Origin: a virus
Lineage: Duplodnaviria; Caudoviricetes
Length of the DNA: 64,000 bases
Direction: 5' to 3' (one strand)
IMG/VR virus record: IMGVR_UViG_3300001528_000259
Span: 74,725 to 138,724 of that record
Shown here piece after piece: positions 52,096 to 61,579 of this stretch. Numbering within the stretch: position 1 is the stretch's first letter; each line of letters opens with the position of its first letter. The notes beneath the pieces are model-generated. The model worked only from the letters and a program-made list of their open reading frames with translations, did no database searches and was not told the DNA's origin. Made by a program: the position numbers and the translations under genes.

Positions 52096-52722
52096 TCATT
52101 CAAACAATATGGAATAATCTTCAACTACTTCATCAACGATACCACTCTCAAATGCCTCGTACTCCGTGAAATAAATGTCAGATGAAGCCCTTTTTTTATA
52201 AACCTTTGGATCAATTTTTGTATGACTAAGCAAAAAATCCTGATATTTCTGTTCCATTGCCTTCATATATTTCTGCGTTGACTCAACAACGCTCTGTTCA
52301 CCGCCAATAAAACAACTTCCTCTATGAATCATTGTTGTGCTGCCCTTAAGAGCAAATCTCTTATGTCCGGCAACAAGAAGTTCTGCGGCGGCACTATAAG
52401 CATAACTAAAGTTGATGGTCCAACAAGGAGTCTTTGATGTCTGAATAGCCTGCATAGCAGACCACATAGCCTGAGTTTCTCCTCCTGGAGATGAAATAAA
52501 GATTTTAATTGGCTTTCTGTCCTCAATGGAAATATCTTTATCTTCCTTATTGCAGCGAATAATCATCTTAACAAGTTCAAGAAGACTATCGTTAATCTCA
52601 TCATCAACCCAATAAATTCTATCTTGCATATCAAGATAATGTTGACGAAGTTCTGGATCTGGCAGTTGAAGATTTGCCGTTGATTCCGAGATTCCTACGA
52701 GTAGATTATTAAGTTCGTCCAT
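52096..52722 (-). CDS. clpP: ClpP-like serine protease
   Basis: IFISSPGG, AYSAA (catalytic Ser), MIH (His), DIYF (Asp), GIVD. Confidence 0.85.
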   Translation of the reverse strand: MDELNNLLVGISESTANLQLPDPELRQHYLDMQDRIYWVDDEINDSLLELVKMIIRCNKEDKDISIEDRKPIKIFISSPGGETQAMWSAMQAIQTSKTPCWTINFSYAYSAAAELLVAGHKRFALKGSTTMIHRGSCFIGGEQSVVESTQKYMKAMEQKYQDFLLSHTKIDPKVYKKRASSDIYFTEYEAFESGIVDEVVEDYSILFE

Positions 52723-52864
52723 AGTTTGTTCTCCTTTGTGTTTCGTTTTAGTTTTGTGATAGGGAAATACTAACGTAGATACCTCTACTTATGTATATCA
52801 GTTAAGAAAAATTCGACCACTTTCTTAGCTGATTAATATTCCAATAGCATTTTCCTATGGTTTA

Positions 52865-53647
52865 TCAATCATTTTGTTGTGTTAGATTTTTTCTATTTTT
52901 TTCTGCCCAAAGTCTTTTTTGTTCAGTTTGAACTATTTTAGCACACTCTTCACAATATTTCTTTGGTTTTGTTTTACTCTGTTTCATTAGTCTGTGACAC
53001 CTATGACACTTTGTGTAACCTTTTCCATTGTTTTTCCAACTAAGATATACGTATGCAAGCTCTTGACAATCAAGTTCATCGATTGACAGCACTTCTTCCC
53101 CATCACAAATAATTTTCACAAATAGACATTTCGTATCATTCTTTTTCGGAGATTCAATCATGCCACATTTAAGAAGCTTGTGCAAAATATATTCTCTATC
53201 TTCCGCAGGAACAGAAATGCGAGCCATCTTACACAAATCCGTAATAGAATACTTCACAAGCCCATTGGTGAACCCATTAGATTTGCTCTGTTGCTTCGCC
53301 ATACATAACAAAACAAATAATATTTTTTCTGCCCGCAAATCATTGAGAGATGCTATTGCAGTAAGCTCTGGTTGCGTAATATTGATACTATCTATTTTAT
53401 AAAATGGATACTTATGGGCACCTTTAATTGCGTCAGAAATAACATTAGAGTAGCAACTCTCATCAAAATTGTCATGATGTTTTTTTAACCATTGCACAGT
53501 ATTAACATAAACATCTTCGTCGCACTGGCATTTTGAATGTATGAGATACCTCGTAACATACCTAATTTTAGTCATAAGCGACTTAACGTCATAATTTAGC
53601 CCATTATAAATAGATTTAGCATAATTTTCTTCATTCAAAATCAACAT
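52865..53647 (-). CDS. Hypothetical protein coupled to the RNAP gene; C-terminal zinc finger
   Basis: Overlaps the end of the RNAP gene; CHRC...KYCEEC; possible transcription factor (inference). Confidence 0.55.
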   Translation of the reverse strand: MLILNEENYAKSIYNGLNYDVKSLMTKIRYVTRYLIHSKCQCDEDVYVNTVQWLKKHHDNFDESCYSNVISDAIKGAHKYPFYKIDSINITQPELTAIASLNDLRAEKILFVLLCMAKQQSKSNGFTNGLVKYSITDLCKMARISVPAEDREYILHKLLKCGMIESPKKNDTKCLFVKIICDGEEVLSIDELDCQELAYVYLSWKNNGKGYTKCHRCHRLMKQSKTKPKKYCEECAKIVQTEQKRLWAEKNRKNLTQQND

Positions 53648-56465
53648 TTACATCACCGCCAATCTTCTGTGTATATAAAGAAAATCTATTTCCGTTAAAC
53701 TCTATATTTCCATTTTCATCTTTAACAGGATATTGTATTATATTACCGCTATTTTTTAAAACATTATAAAATATCTGTTCTCCCGCTACATCCCAAGCAA
53801 AGGTTTTGTTTTTATTGGAAGTATAACACAAATCAACTACTATATTCGATAGAACTTCGTCGTTCGGACATGCTTTTGCACATTCTGCAACAAAAATTTC
53901 CTTTAAATGAATCACATCGAACCCAATATCGTCATCTCCTAATTCATTTTGATGTTTGTTTTTCAAAAACAACTGCATTCCACTGTTATATTCATCGTAT
54001 AAAGATTTAACCTCATCATATTCTTCTTGCGTGTACGGTTGTGAATTCTTTAATATAGAATAATCAAACTCCACATTTGGTAATACATTCATAGTTTTAA
54101 AAGCATCTTCGATTTTCCAACAAATCTTATTCATCGTACCAGGAGCCCTACTAACAGGAAGATACTTTTCGTAATAATATATAAAATCATCTTCGTCTTT
54201 AGTCCTATCGCTTGAAGCATATAAATCATCAAGACTTTTGCCAAATCGAATCTTGCAATTTGATCTAACGGCTTCAACATACTTATCAAGTTCAGATTTA
54301 AGTTGAGAATAACGATAAATAAAGAACCACGGTTTAATTTCCGCTGCTATATTAGAATTGATTTCTTTATCTTTTAATGTTTCTTCGTCATCATCATCAT
54401 TTATCTTAAACATTTTAGAATTTAGCCACTCTTTTGGAACTGGACGTGCAACGACACCTTTTATTCTATCGATAGCATTTTGCTGATAATTCATCATTGT
54501 ACTAATTCTATAAGTTAATCTCTTATACTCTTCACTTTCTGGCGCAAACTGTTCCCTTAAGGATATCATATTTGTAGCTTTATTAGTCACGCTACCTATA
54601 GAATCTCCAAATCCGTTGATATCAGAATCAACATAATCATCTTCTATTGGAACCTTTTTTACACTGCTTTCTTGTTCACACATCAAGGTTGTTTTATATT
54701 CAAAAGCATCAAGTAAAACTTCATTATCTGTACAAAAATTTGCATCAGAATCATAATCCTGTCCATTGCACCTCATAGCAGTATCATCCCAACTATTCAA
54801 TATAATGCAAGTCTTAATATATTTGTACCATTTTTCCATGTCTGGGTTTGTTACGACCTTCAATTTACAAACATTTTCAATACTTGTCATTGGAGCACGA
54901 AAAACACAAATCTCTTTAGATCCTTTGTCTATCCAATACTTATGATAACACTCTCCACTCTTTAATAATCCAGTTACTTTAATTCCAAACATATTCTGCA
55001 TAAATGAATAAGGATCGTTGCCAGCTATACTATAATCTCCTGAAATATCTAACACACCAATTTTAGAATCATTAATGCGTTTTTGTATCATTCTACCAAC
55101 TTTAGATCTCACATATGGATCTTTAATCAAATCGTAATTTGCCATAATAGCTTTACACATAGGCTCCATATGAAGCACATTCTTTTCATCTAAACCAGAA
55201 CCACACATATAAATAATTAATTTTCTCCAATCCAATCCAAGACAATCTTTGATCTTTGAAACGGTCGGATTAATTAATTTGTTAATCTGATCATCTGTGA
55301 ATTTAAAATCCTGAAGATATTGGTAATTTGTGGTATGAACATTTCGTAACTCATGCGGTGTACTTTTTGCAATACAAAATTCATACCCATTTTTCATACA
55401 ATTTGCATAATAATCTTCATATCCGGCATATGAATTCCATAATTTTAACATAGATGTAGATAAAATCACATCTGCATCTCTAACATCACGTTTATCCCCC
55501 CATGCGTCTTGAATAATATAAGTTCCCGCGACTTCTTCAGCAAATCTTTTAAAATCTGTTGTTAGAACCATGCCTTTCAAAAAAGAACAACGTGTATTAT
55601 ATCCAGATAACGGCTCATCACCTTCGTTTAACGCTTCTGCCCACTTCGCACTCATCTCTGGAGATATCAACCCCATACCATCACAAGTGTTTATCTCAAT
55701 CTCTTTTTCTATTGGTTCACTAACACTTGGCCAATCTGGATTGTCTCCTCCAACATCGTGAACAATTCTTACAACGTCTTTAAATTTAGTAAATACATCT
55801 TTAACAACTATAACTCTCGGCCAAGGAACAGGAATACTCGCAGAGCACTGCAATGCAAAATAAGCATTTAATTTCGCAGGAATAAACTTATAATTAAGCT
55901 CCATTCCATTATACGTTCTAGCAGGCTCATCATCTTTTGGACCTTCATATCTACCATTATTTATTTTATCAATTAGCTTATCGTGAACTTTTTCGTCTAC
56001 AAACATAATCGTACTTTTCTTAATAGAACCAGCCGTTCCGAGAAATCTTCTATATTTTACCGTTTCGACTTTATGCCCATAATCAATAGTAATTTTAAAT
56101 CCATGCTTGTAAGCATATTTGTAATCCTTTGGAGAATCCATCACCAACATCATATAATATGGTTGAAATTGTAATTCATAAAGCTCATCATATTTTTGAC
56201 TAATTCTTTTCTTATTCTCAAATGAATTACCTTGTGCCTTAAGATATTTTATTTCTTGCTTAATTTGAGACGCTTTGACATCGCTATCTGGCTTTCCAGT
56301 CAATTCTGGCATCCACCTTAATACTTGTGAAGATCCTAAGCTTACAATAAGCTGTGACTGTTTTCTGATCTCGTTTAATTTAAAAGTTAAGTGCCAGTTA
56401 TTCTTTTTTAAATATCCAGTATTAACTTTTAGCACAAAAGTTTGATTTTTTTGTGATTTTGCCAT
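53631..56465 (-). CDS. YonO-like single-subunit DNA-dependent RNA polymerase (RdRP-like two-barrel family)
   Basis: DGMGLIS, KGM, FRAP and catalytic loop GQDYDSD; QNAIDRIKG; size and SPbeta-like synteny. Confidence 0.85.
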   Translation of the reverse strand: MAKSQKNQTFVLKVNTGYLKKNNWHLTFKLNEIRKQSQLIVSLGSSQVLRWMPELTGKPDSDVKASQIKQEIKYLKAQGNSFENKKRISQKYDELYELQFQPYYMMLVMDSPKDYKYAYKHGFKITIDYGHKVETVKYRRFLGTAGSIKKSTIMFVDEKVHDKLIDKINNGRYEGPKDDEPARTYNGMELNYKFIPAKLNAYFALQCSASIPVPWPRVIVVKDVFTKFKDVVRIVHDVGGDNPDWPSVSEPIEKEIEINTCDGMGLISPEMSAKWAEALNEGDEPLSGYNTRCSFLKGMVLTTDFKRFAEEVAGTYIIQDAWGDKRDVRDADVILSTSMLKLWNSYAGYEDYYANCMKNGYEFCIAKSTPHELRNVHTTNYQYLQDFKFTDDQINKLINPTVSKIKDCLGLDWRKLIIYMCGSGLDEKNVLHMEPMCKAIMANYDLIKDPYVRSKVGRMIQKRINDSKIGVLDISGDYSIAGNDPYSFMQNMFGIKVTGLLKSGECYHKYWIDKGSKEICVFRAPMTSIENVCKLKVVTNPDMEKWYKYIKTCIILNSWDDTAMRCNGQDYDSDANFCTDNEVLLDAFEYKTTLMCEQESSVKKVPIEDDYVDSDINGFGDSIGSVTNKATNMISLREQFAPESEEYKRLTYRISTMMNYQQNAIDRIKGVVARPVPKEWLNSKMFKINDDDDEETLKDKEINSNIAAEIKPWFFIYRYSQLKSELDKYVEAVRSNCKIRFGKSLDDLYASSDRTKDEDDFIYYYEKYLPVSRAPGTMNKICWKIEDAFKTMNVLPNVEFDYSILKNSQPYTQEEYDEVKSLYDEYNSGMQLFLKNKHQNELGDDDIGFDVIHLKEIFVAECAKACPNDEVLSNIVVDLCYTSNKNKTFAWDVAGEQIFYNVLKNSGNIIQYPVKDENGNIEFNGNRFSLYTQKIGGDVNVDFE

Positions 56466-56494
56466 TATATCACCAGCCTTAATTGTTTTTTGCT

Positions 56495-57163
56495 TTATTC
56501 AATAAATTCCGCCCTAAATCTTTGATAAAACACCATATTATTTTCAATCGCCATAGTTATTCTATTAGAAACAGAATCTACCTTCTTAGCTCTTGCAAAC
56601 CCATTATCTATTAAATATTGTGCTGTTTGACGGATATAATCGAAACTTTTTTCTACTCCGTTTGTAATATCAATTAATTTAACCATTCTGCATCTACCAT
56701 TTTTAATGCCAGGACGACTATTTTTTAATTTAGATAACTCTGGATTTTCTGCATATTTCTTTTTTAATGTATCACAGCCAAAATTAGGATTATCTTCCCC
56801 ATAATGACTATAATGACCAGTACCCGCCGAATGCATAATATTATCGGCATGTGTACACCACTCCAAATTATCCACATTATTATTCGTCCTGTCGTAATCT
56901 TTATGATTTACTTCTGGAAAATTATTTGGATTTGGAATAAATGCCTCAGCAACCATTCTATGAACTCTATACTGAGATCTGTTGCCATCAGTCCCTACTG
57001 TAATTTGCCAATATCCATCTGAATTTAAACGCTGAGAAATTTCTTTGTGATAATAAGATGGTCCACCATTTCTAGTGCTATACACCTTACCGTCACTAGA
57101 CACAATATATTCGACACCTTTTACTGTAATGATTTTTTCTTCTATCAATCTTTTCACTTCCAA
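56495..57163 (-). CDS. Free-standing HNH homing endonuclease
   Basis: VHRMVAEAFIPNPNNFPEVNHKDYDRTNNNVDNLEWCT; start uncertain. Confidence 0.85.
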   Translation of the reverse strand: MEVKRLIEEKIITVKGVEYIVSSDGKVYSTRNGGPSYYHKEISQRLNSDGYWQITVGTDGNRSQYRVHRMVAEAFIPNPNNFPEVNHKDYDRTNNNVDNLEWCTHADNIMHSAGTGHYSHYGEDNPNFGCDTLKKKYAENPELSKLKNSRPGIKNGRCRMVKLIDITNGVEKSFDYIRQTAQYLIDNGFARAKKVDSVSNRITMAIENNMVFYQRFRAEFIE

Positions 57164-57274
57164 TCATTTCGCATTGTAATCCTATTCTTCTTCATTCCTA
57201 TCTCTCCAATACCGTAAATATATCAACAAAAACACACCATGCATATCAACACCTCCTAATCATTTTGTATTGTT

Positions 57275-57303
57275 ATTATAATATTATCAATTAGTTTTGT
57301 CAA
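57275..57303 (-). promoter_or_regulatory. Sigma-A promoter upstream of the HNH/RNAP genes
   Basis: TTGACA-17 bp-TATAAT, perfect consensus. Confidence 0.85.
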
Positions 57304-57337
57304 TAAGCATGGCGTGTAATTTGCAATTTATTTACAA

Positions 57338-57541
57338 TTATTCTACAAGAATAAAATACTCACTCCAGGAGCCCACATCATAATACTTCTCAACCGCAGG
57401 TGTGGTCCAACTTCTCACATAATATATCTTAAAATTTCTCTCATCACAAAACGCATAAATAATCTTCATGGCATCTTCCTCGGTGCTTGGCTCTCCAATT
57501 AATCTACGATCTTCACACGAGTTTTGAAAATATAATCTCAC
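57338..57541 (-). CDS. Hypothetical early protein
   Basis: 67 aa; YYVRSW...DVGSWSEYF motif. Confidence 0.6.
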   Translation of the reverse strand: MRLYFQNSCEDRRLIGEPSTEEDAMKIIYAFCDERNFKIYYVRSWTTPAVEKYYDVGSWSEYFILVE

Positions 57542-57918
57542 TTCTTTTCTCCCTTCAGTACTCTCGGAACATAAGTCCGATCAGTATGATACCCTTCAAC
57601 ACGCCTGCAAGCACCAAGAATCTGTTTCAGCTTATCCAATACCTTTTTATTCTGCTGATCATCGAAAAACTGCACAATTGGCTCAAGTTCCTCAACAATA
57701 TCCTTATAATATCTTCTATCTTTGCGGTTAATCATCAACTTTGTAGCCAATTTGCTGCGTTCGTCGCGCTTTAATCCGTCCAATTCAAGACTGTGTAACA
57801 GATCCTGTGTTATCTTATCCTGATTATTAACTTCATCAAAATAAAATTTATACTTAGATTGTGCATCCGCAACAAAATTTAAAAACTCACTAATATATTC
57901 AGATGGCATTTTATCCAT
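57538..57918 (-). CDS. Hypothetical coiled-coil protein
   Basis: QDLLH.LEL...RR..KD...Y.PRVL motif; coupled to neighbours. Confidence 0.6.
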   Translation of the reverse strand: MDKMPSEYISEFLNFVADAQSKYKFYFDEVNNQDKITQDLLHSLELDGLKRDERSKLATKLMINRKDRRYYKDIVEELEPIVQFFDDQQNKKVLDKLKQILGACRRVEGYHTDRTYVPRVLKGEKK

Positions 57919-58336
57919 TTAATTCCTCCATAAACTTCTTGCCACGAGTCGAAGCATCACCTTCAAACCATACAGAATCATACGGAGTAAGCTCAGAATA
58001 CTTCTTTTTGCCACTTTTAACAAGATACTCTCTATACCAGTACCTAACAACAGACGGAATACCAACAACAAACGGCATTAATGGACCAAAAATACAGTTT
58101 TGAATCGAATGACCATGCTCATGCATCTTAGTGTTTTTACTCGGCGCATTATCAGTGATGAACACCAATCCCAAACTCACTCCACCCCAATTCTCGCCAA
58201 CCTTAAAATGCCAACACCAACCATATTTTTCTGGTTTATGACCCGCAATTAACAGTCCAAGTGTCGCAAAACCGCCGATAACTGTCATAATACAGCCCCA
58301 TGTGACAGATAAAAAGTAAAATATAAACTTCTTCAT
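57911..58336 (-). CDS. Membrane protein with HExxH zinc-peptidase-like motif
   Basis: Hydrophobic segments; HEHGHSIQ; WFEGDA. Confidence 0.6.
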   Translation of the reverse strand: MKKFIFYFLSVTWGCIMTVIGGFATLGLLIAGHKPEKYGWCWHFKVGENWGGVSLGLVFITDNAPSKNTKMHEHGHSIQNCIFGPLMPFVVGIPSVVRYWYREYLVKSGKKKYSELTPYDSVWFEGDASTRGKKFMEELNG

Positions 58337-58803
58337 AAATTGTCCTCCATTTTCTTGATTCTCTGATATTTATGTCTATACTCCCAACAGTACGTGACAA
58401 AATCATCCCATTTTGCGCAAAGTTGCGAAAAAACATCAATTTTAGCTTCATTTTTGAAGATTTGGCGCTTAATATGGTACTCTGCGAACGATTTCCAGTC
58501 AAAAGTCGCATCTTCAGTCACATCAATAGCAATACTTTCAGGATCACGAGCACCACACCAAGGTAGTAGAATTACTCGTCCATCATCTTCGAGACGAATA
58601 ATTAGCTCCCATTCTGCTTTTGACCAATACAAACATTGCATTTTGCTCCGCAATTTTTCTGCAAACTCTGCTTTTGTAGCACATTTCTTTTTCATTTTCT
58701 TTATTTCATCTTCACGATACTTTAAAATATCATAATCCTCAATGGCTTGCGCATTGCAATCGAAGCATTTTACTCTCCAACTAAATGGTTTCCGCTCATT
58801 CTT
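58333..58803 (-). CDS. Hypothetical protein
   Basis: YWSKAEWE...KIDVFSQ motif; start approximate. Confidence 0.55.
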   Translation of the reverse strand, partial: KNERKPFSWRVKCFDCNAQAIEDYDILKYREDEIKKMKKKCATKAEFAEKLRSKMQCLYWSKAEWELIIRLEDDGRVILLPWCGARDPESIAIDVTEDATFDWKSFAEYHIKRQIFKNEAKIDVFSQLCAKWDDFVTYCWEYRHKYQRIKKMEDNL

Positions 58804-59113
58804 CATCATCCTCAGCCTCCTCATCATCATTGTCATGCTTATGTAGATTATTCATTTGATTCTCATTCATAACACGCTTCTTATTCGGATTCCTAATTGT
58901 GATAGCTTTAGCAGACGCCTCTAATACCATGCCAACAGTCGTGCCGTCTTTATAAACATACTTTGTGATTGGTATCCATTCTTGTCGAAGCGCCTTATTA
59001 TAATGCTTGGCGACAGTAGAATCCATACGCCAAACCTTCTTAATATTGTCATAAACTAAAATGGTTTCCCGCTCTTCATTTGTAATTTTTGCATTTACTT
59101 TAATTGTTTCCAT
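58796..59113 (-). CDS. Hypothetical protein
   Basis: EERET motif, acidic tail, SD AAGGAG. Confidence 0.6.
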   Translation of the reverse strand: METIKVNAKITNEERETILVYDNIKKVWRMDSTVAKHYNKALRQEWIPITKYVYKDGTTVGMVLEASAKAITIRNPNKKRVMNENQMNNLHKHDNDDEEAEDDEE

Positions 59114-59146
59114 GTTATTCTCCTTAATAATTTTGTAGTGTAACCT

Positions 59147-59175
59147 ATTTTAACCTATAATATATCATCTGTCAA
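59147..59175 (-). promoter_or_regulatory. Sigma-A promoter
   Basis: TTGACA-17 bp-TAAAAT. Confidence 0.75.
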
Positions 59176-59377
59176 TAGATTACTGAAATCATTTACATAT
59201 AGTTTACAATTTTATCGCTAATTACTTAGCGATTTTTAATATTTAAATACTTAGAGGTGTAATTGGTATGGCATAAACGTGTAAAGTTAAGTTTTGTCTA
59301 AGCAGTTGCGAGTTTTTGAGGCAAAATTAGGTGATTCTCGATAGCATTCCTTAAATATCCAACTTGCACTGCTTATA

Positions 59378-59800
59378 TTAATTCTCCTTATTGCTAATAA
59401 AATCAGGTGTTCCTATAAAGTCCACTTCAAAGTCGTTACAACGGTTCAAAGTGCAATCTTTTATTCTAACATTTTCAAATTTTGTTACATAGCCATATCT
59501 TTTTGCCCATTTTTTATTTATACGTTTCTTTTTGTGTCTACGTTTTTGAACTTGGTACGGATTTCTGAATTCCATAGAACATGACATATCCGTTCCTTGC
59601 GCAAAATCAATGCCAATAACGGATTTTAATAGATTCATATCAACATCACATTCAAAAGATAATTCCGTTGATGATAGATCTACTATTTGCACACTAGATA
59701 TATGTTCAGGTATCTCTGTACTGTCAAAAGATATATTGGTCAGGTTGCCAGTGAAAATGGAATATCGATCACCGAGATAAATATTTCCGTTACATTTCAT
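59378..59800 (-). CDS. Hypothetical protein
   Basis: Basic RRHKKKRINKKWAKRYG motif. Confidence 0.55.
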   Translation of the reverse strand: MKCNGNIYLGDRYSIFTGNLTNISFDSTEIPEHISSVQIVDLSSTELSFECDVDMNLLKSVIGIDFAQGTDMSCSMEFRNPYQVQKRRHKKKRINKKWAKRYGYVTKFENVRIKDCTLNRCNDFEVDFIGTPDFISNKEN

Positions 59801-59825
59801 TTTTTATTCCCCCTTCGGCGTCACT

Positions 59826-60038
59826 TTAATCACAATTTCCATGCCACCAACAATCTTTTTCTTCAACACGTTCAATCCTAAGATTACTATGCGTTCGCAT
59901 AAGCATTTTATCATTATCCGTAGGGTTATTTAACATACGAAGCAACACTTGATTCGCGCACTCTAAAGACGTGCCGCAGACATACACCAAACATCCACTA
60001 TATTGCGCAGTGTCCCCAACAATTACATAATCACCCAT
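59826..60038 (-). CDS. Hypothetical protein
   Basis: 70 aa with SD AAGGAG. Confidence 0.55.
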   Translation of the reverse strand: MGDYVIVGDTAQYSGCLVYVCGTSLECANQVLLRMLNNPTDNDKMLMRTHSNLRIERVEEKDCWWHGNCD

Positions 60039-60040
60039 AA

Positions 60041-60391
60041 TTATTCTCCTTTAGCTGCTTTAAAATATTCCTTAAACGAAAACCACTTATCTTTCATAAG
60101 ATGTCCAATTCTTAAAATCTTTCCTCCCCATCCCTCGAACTCGACTCGCACATATTGACCTTTAAGGTCTTCCCAAGATTCCACTTCGAGCGTCTTCATA
60201 AGTTCAATAATTGCCCCATAACCATCTGTTGATGGGTATTCTCCGATATCGGCACACCAATGGTCAAGACAATATCCACCAAAGCCGCAACCCCAACCCG
60301 CGCCTTCAAGCGTCAGATCGGCTGTCAAACAACCATGCTCTTGACCTAAATATGTCGATGTGATTTTTGCGTTCTCAATTTTCTTTTCCAT
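60041..60391 (-). CDS. Hypothetical protein
   Basis: Start MEKKIENAKITST after AAGGAG; GFGGY.LD...WEDLKG..VRV motif. Confidence 0.6.
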   Translation of the reverse strand: MEKKIENAKITSTYLGQEHGCLTADLTLEGAGWGCGFGGYCLDHWCADIGEYPSTDGYGAIIELMKTLEVESWEDLKGQYVRVEFEGWGGKILRIGHLMKDKWFSFKEYFKAAKGE

Positions 60392-60393
60392 AA

Positions 60394-60810
60394 TTATTCT
60401 CCTTTCAAAATAGGGCAAGCGGTCATGCCACGTTCTTTCATGTATTGAATACACTGATCGGCAGAAAGATGCCTCATAATCCAGTCGAGAGTGACATATT
60501 TATTCTCTCTAAACTCAATCTTTAACGAGAGAGTGCTAAACTTTTTGTAATGTGCCCAGTCACACGTACCACAATATCTGATAGAAATCTGAGGCTTATG
60601 ACTGAATAAGGTTATTTCTGCACGAAGTGGGAAGCTATTATGAGCAAGTAGATATTCGTAGGCTTCGCTGAAAGAAGCGTTATTGAGAGGCGTTTCATCA
60701 ATAAGTTCTTTGTCCGAAACCCGGTGTGCGTCTGTAAATAAATCAGAGACTTCGCACCACTCAGCTCCGTCAATAGAGACATAGGTGTATACATCATAGA
60801 TTTTTAGCAT
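60394..60810 (-). CDS. Hypothetical protein
   Basis: 138 aa in a tightly packed minus-strand run. Confidence 0.5.
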   Translation of the reverse strand: MLKIYDVYTYVSIDGAEWCEVSDLFTDAHRVSDKELIDETPLNNASFSEAYEYLLAHNSFPLRAEITLFSHKPQISIRYCGTCDWAHYKKFSTLSLKIEFRENKYVTLDWIMRHLSADQCIQYMKERGMTACPILKGE

Positions 60811-60992
60811 TTTGCTTCCTCCATTTTTAACTCATCGATAATTTTAACAAGTTCAATAATAAGTTTCTCGCGACAAGCTGCAGGATTATAATCATGTTCA
60901 ACAAAGTAATTACACATATCACAACATCTACAATCCCATTGATCTCCCTCCGTGCAGTATGCTCGTTTTGCGACATCATAATAATCAATCAT
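60804..60992 (-). CDS. Small Cys-rich hypothetical protein
   Basis: 62 aa; ATGA overlap with the upstream gene. Confidence 0.5.
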   Translation of the reverse strand: MIDYYDVAKRAYCTEGDQWDCRCCDMCNYFVEHDYNPAACREKLIIELVKIIDELKMEEAKC

Positions 60993-61261
60993 TTTAGTTC
61001 CTCCAAATATTGAATCATTTCTTGCAATGTCTGAATTATAGAATCTTTATTAAATACTTCTAGATAAGCATTGTCCGGAATGGCAATACATTTATTATTC
61101 GGAAAAGCATCTTTAATTATTTCGAATACCTTTTGACATGTTTCAACATCACAATTTGTAATATTAAACGTCCAAACAATTACTTCTTCTGGTTTTGGGT
61201 TATACGTTTCAAATTGAATTCCTTTAAATTCACTTATAATTCCATCATTAGCGATAATCAT
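60989..61261 (-). CDS. Hypothetical protein
   Basis: 90 aa with SD GGAGG. Confidence 0.55.
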   Translation of the reverse strand: MIIANDGIISEFKGIQFETYNPKPEEVIVWTFNITNCDVETCQKVFEIIKDAFPNNKCIAIPDNAYLEVFNKDSIIQTLQEMIQYLEELK

Positions 61262-61299
61262 TTTGTTTCCTCCTTATAAGATTTTTAAGTTGCCCATCG

Positions 61300-61548
61300 T
61301 TAAGTGTGATTCGAATGTTCAATGTGTTTCTCCGTTGTAAAATATTTTTCATATTCTTCTTCTGGGCAATTAATATTGTTTAATGGATGATCTTCAGTCC
61401 AATCAGGTATGTCAGCAGATTCGAGATGAACATGATCGGCGCTGAATTCTTCTGATAAGCGCCAAATAAAGTAGTCTTCGAGATCTTGTTCGTCGAAGGC
61501 GTCGTTTTCGTCTATCAGATAGGCAGATAATTTAAATAGTTTTGCCAT
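61300..61548 (-). CDS. Acidic hypothetical protein
   Basis: 82 aa; W.EDHPLN motif; SD GGGAG. Confidence 0.55.
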   Translation of the reverse strand: MAKLFKLSAYLIDENDAFDEQDLEDYFIWRLSEEFSADHVHLESADIPDWTEDHPLNNINCPEEEYEKYFTTEKHIEHSNHT

Positions 61549-61579
61549 TGGTTTGCTCCCTTCTAATCATTTTGTAGTG

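Noticed and set aside
60987-60997. Additional copy of the junction motif
   Set aside because: Two mismatches and explained by an ordinary ATGA stop/start overlap; not counted.
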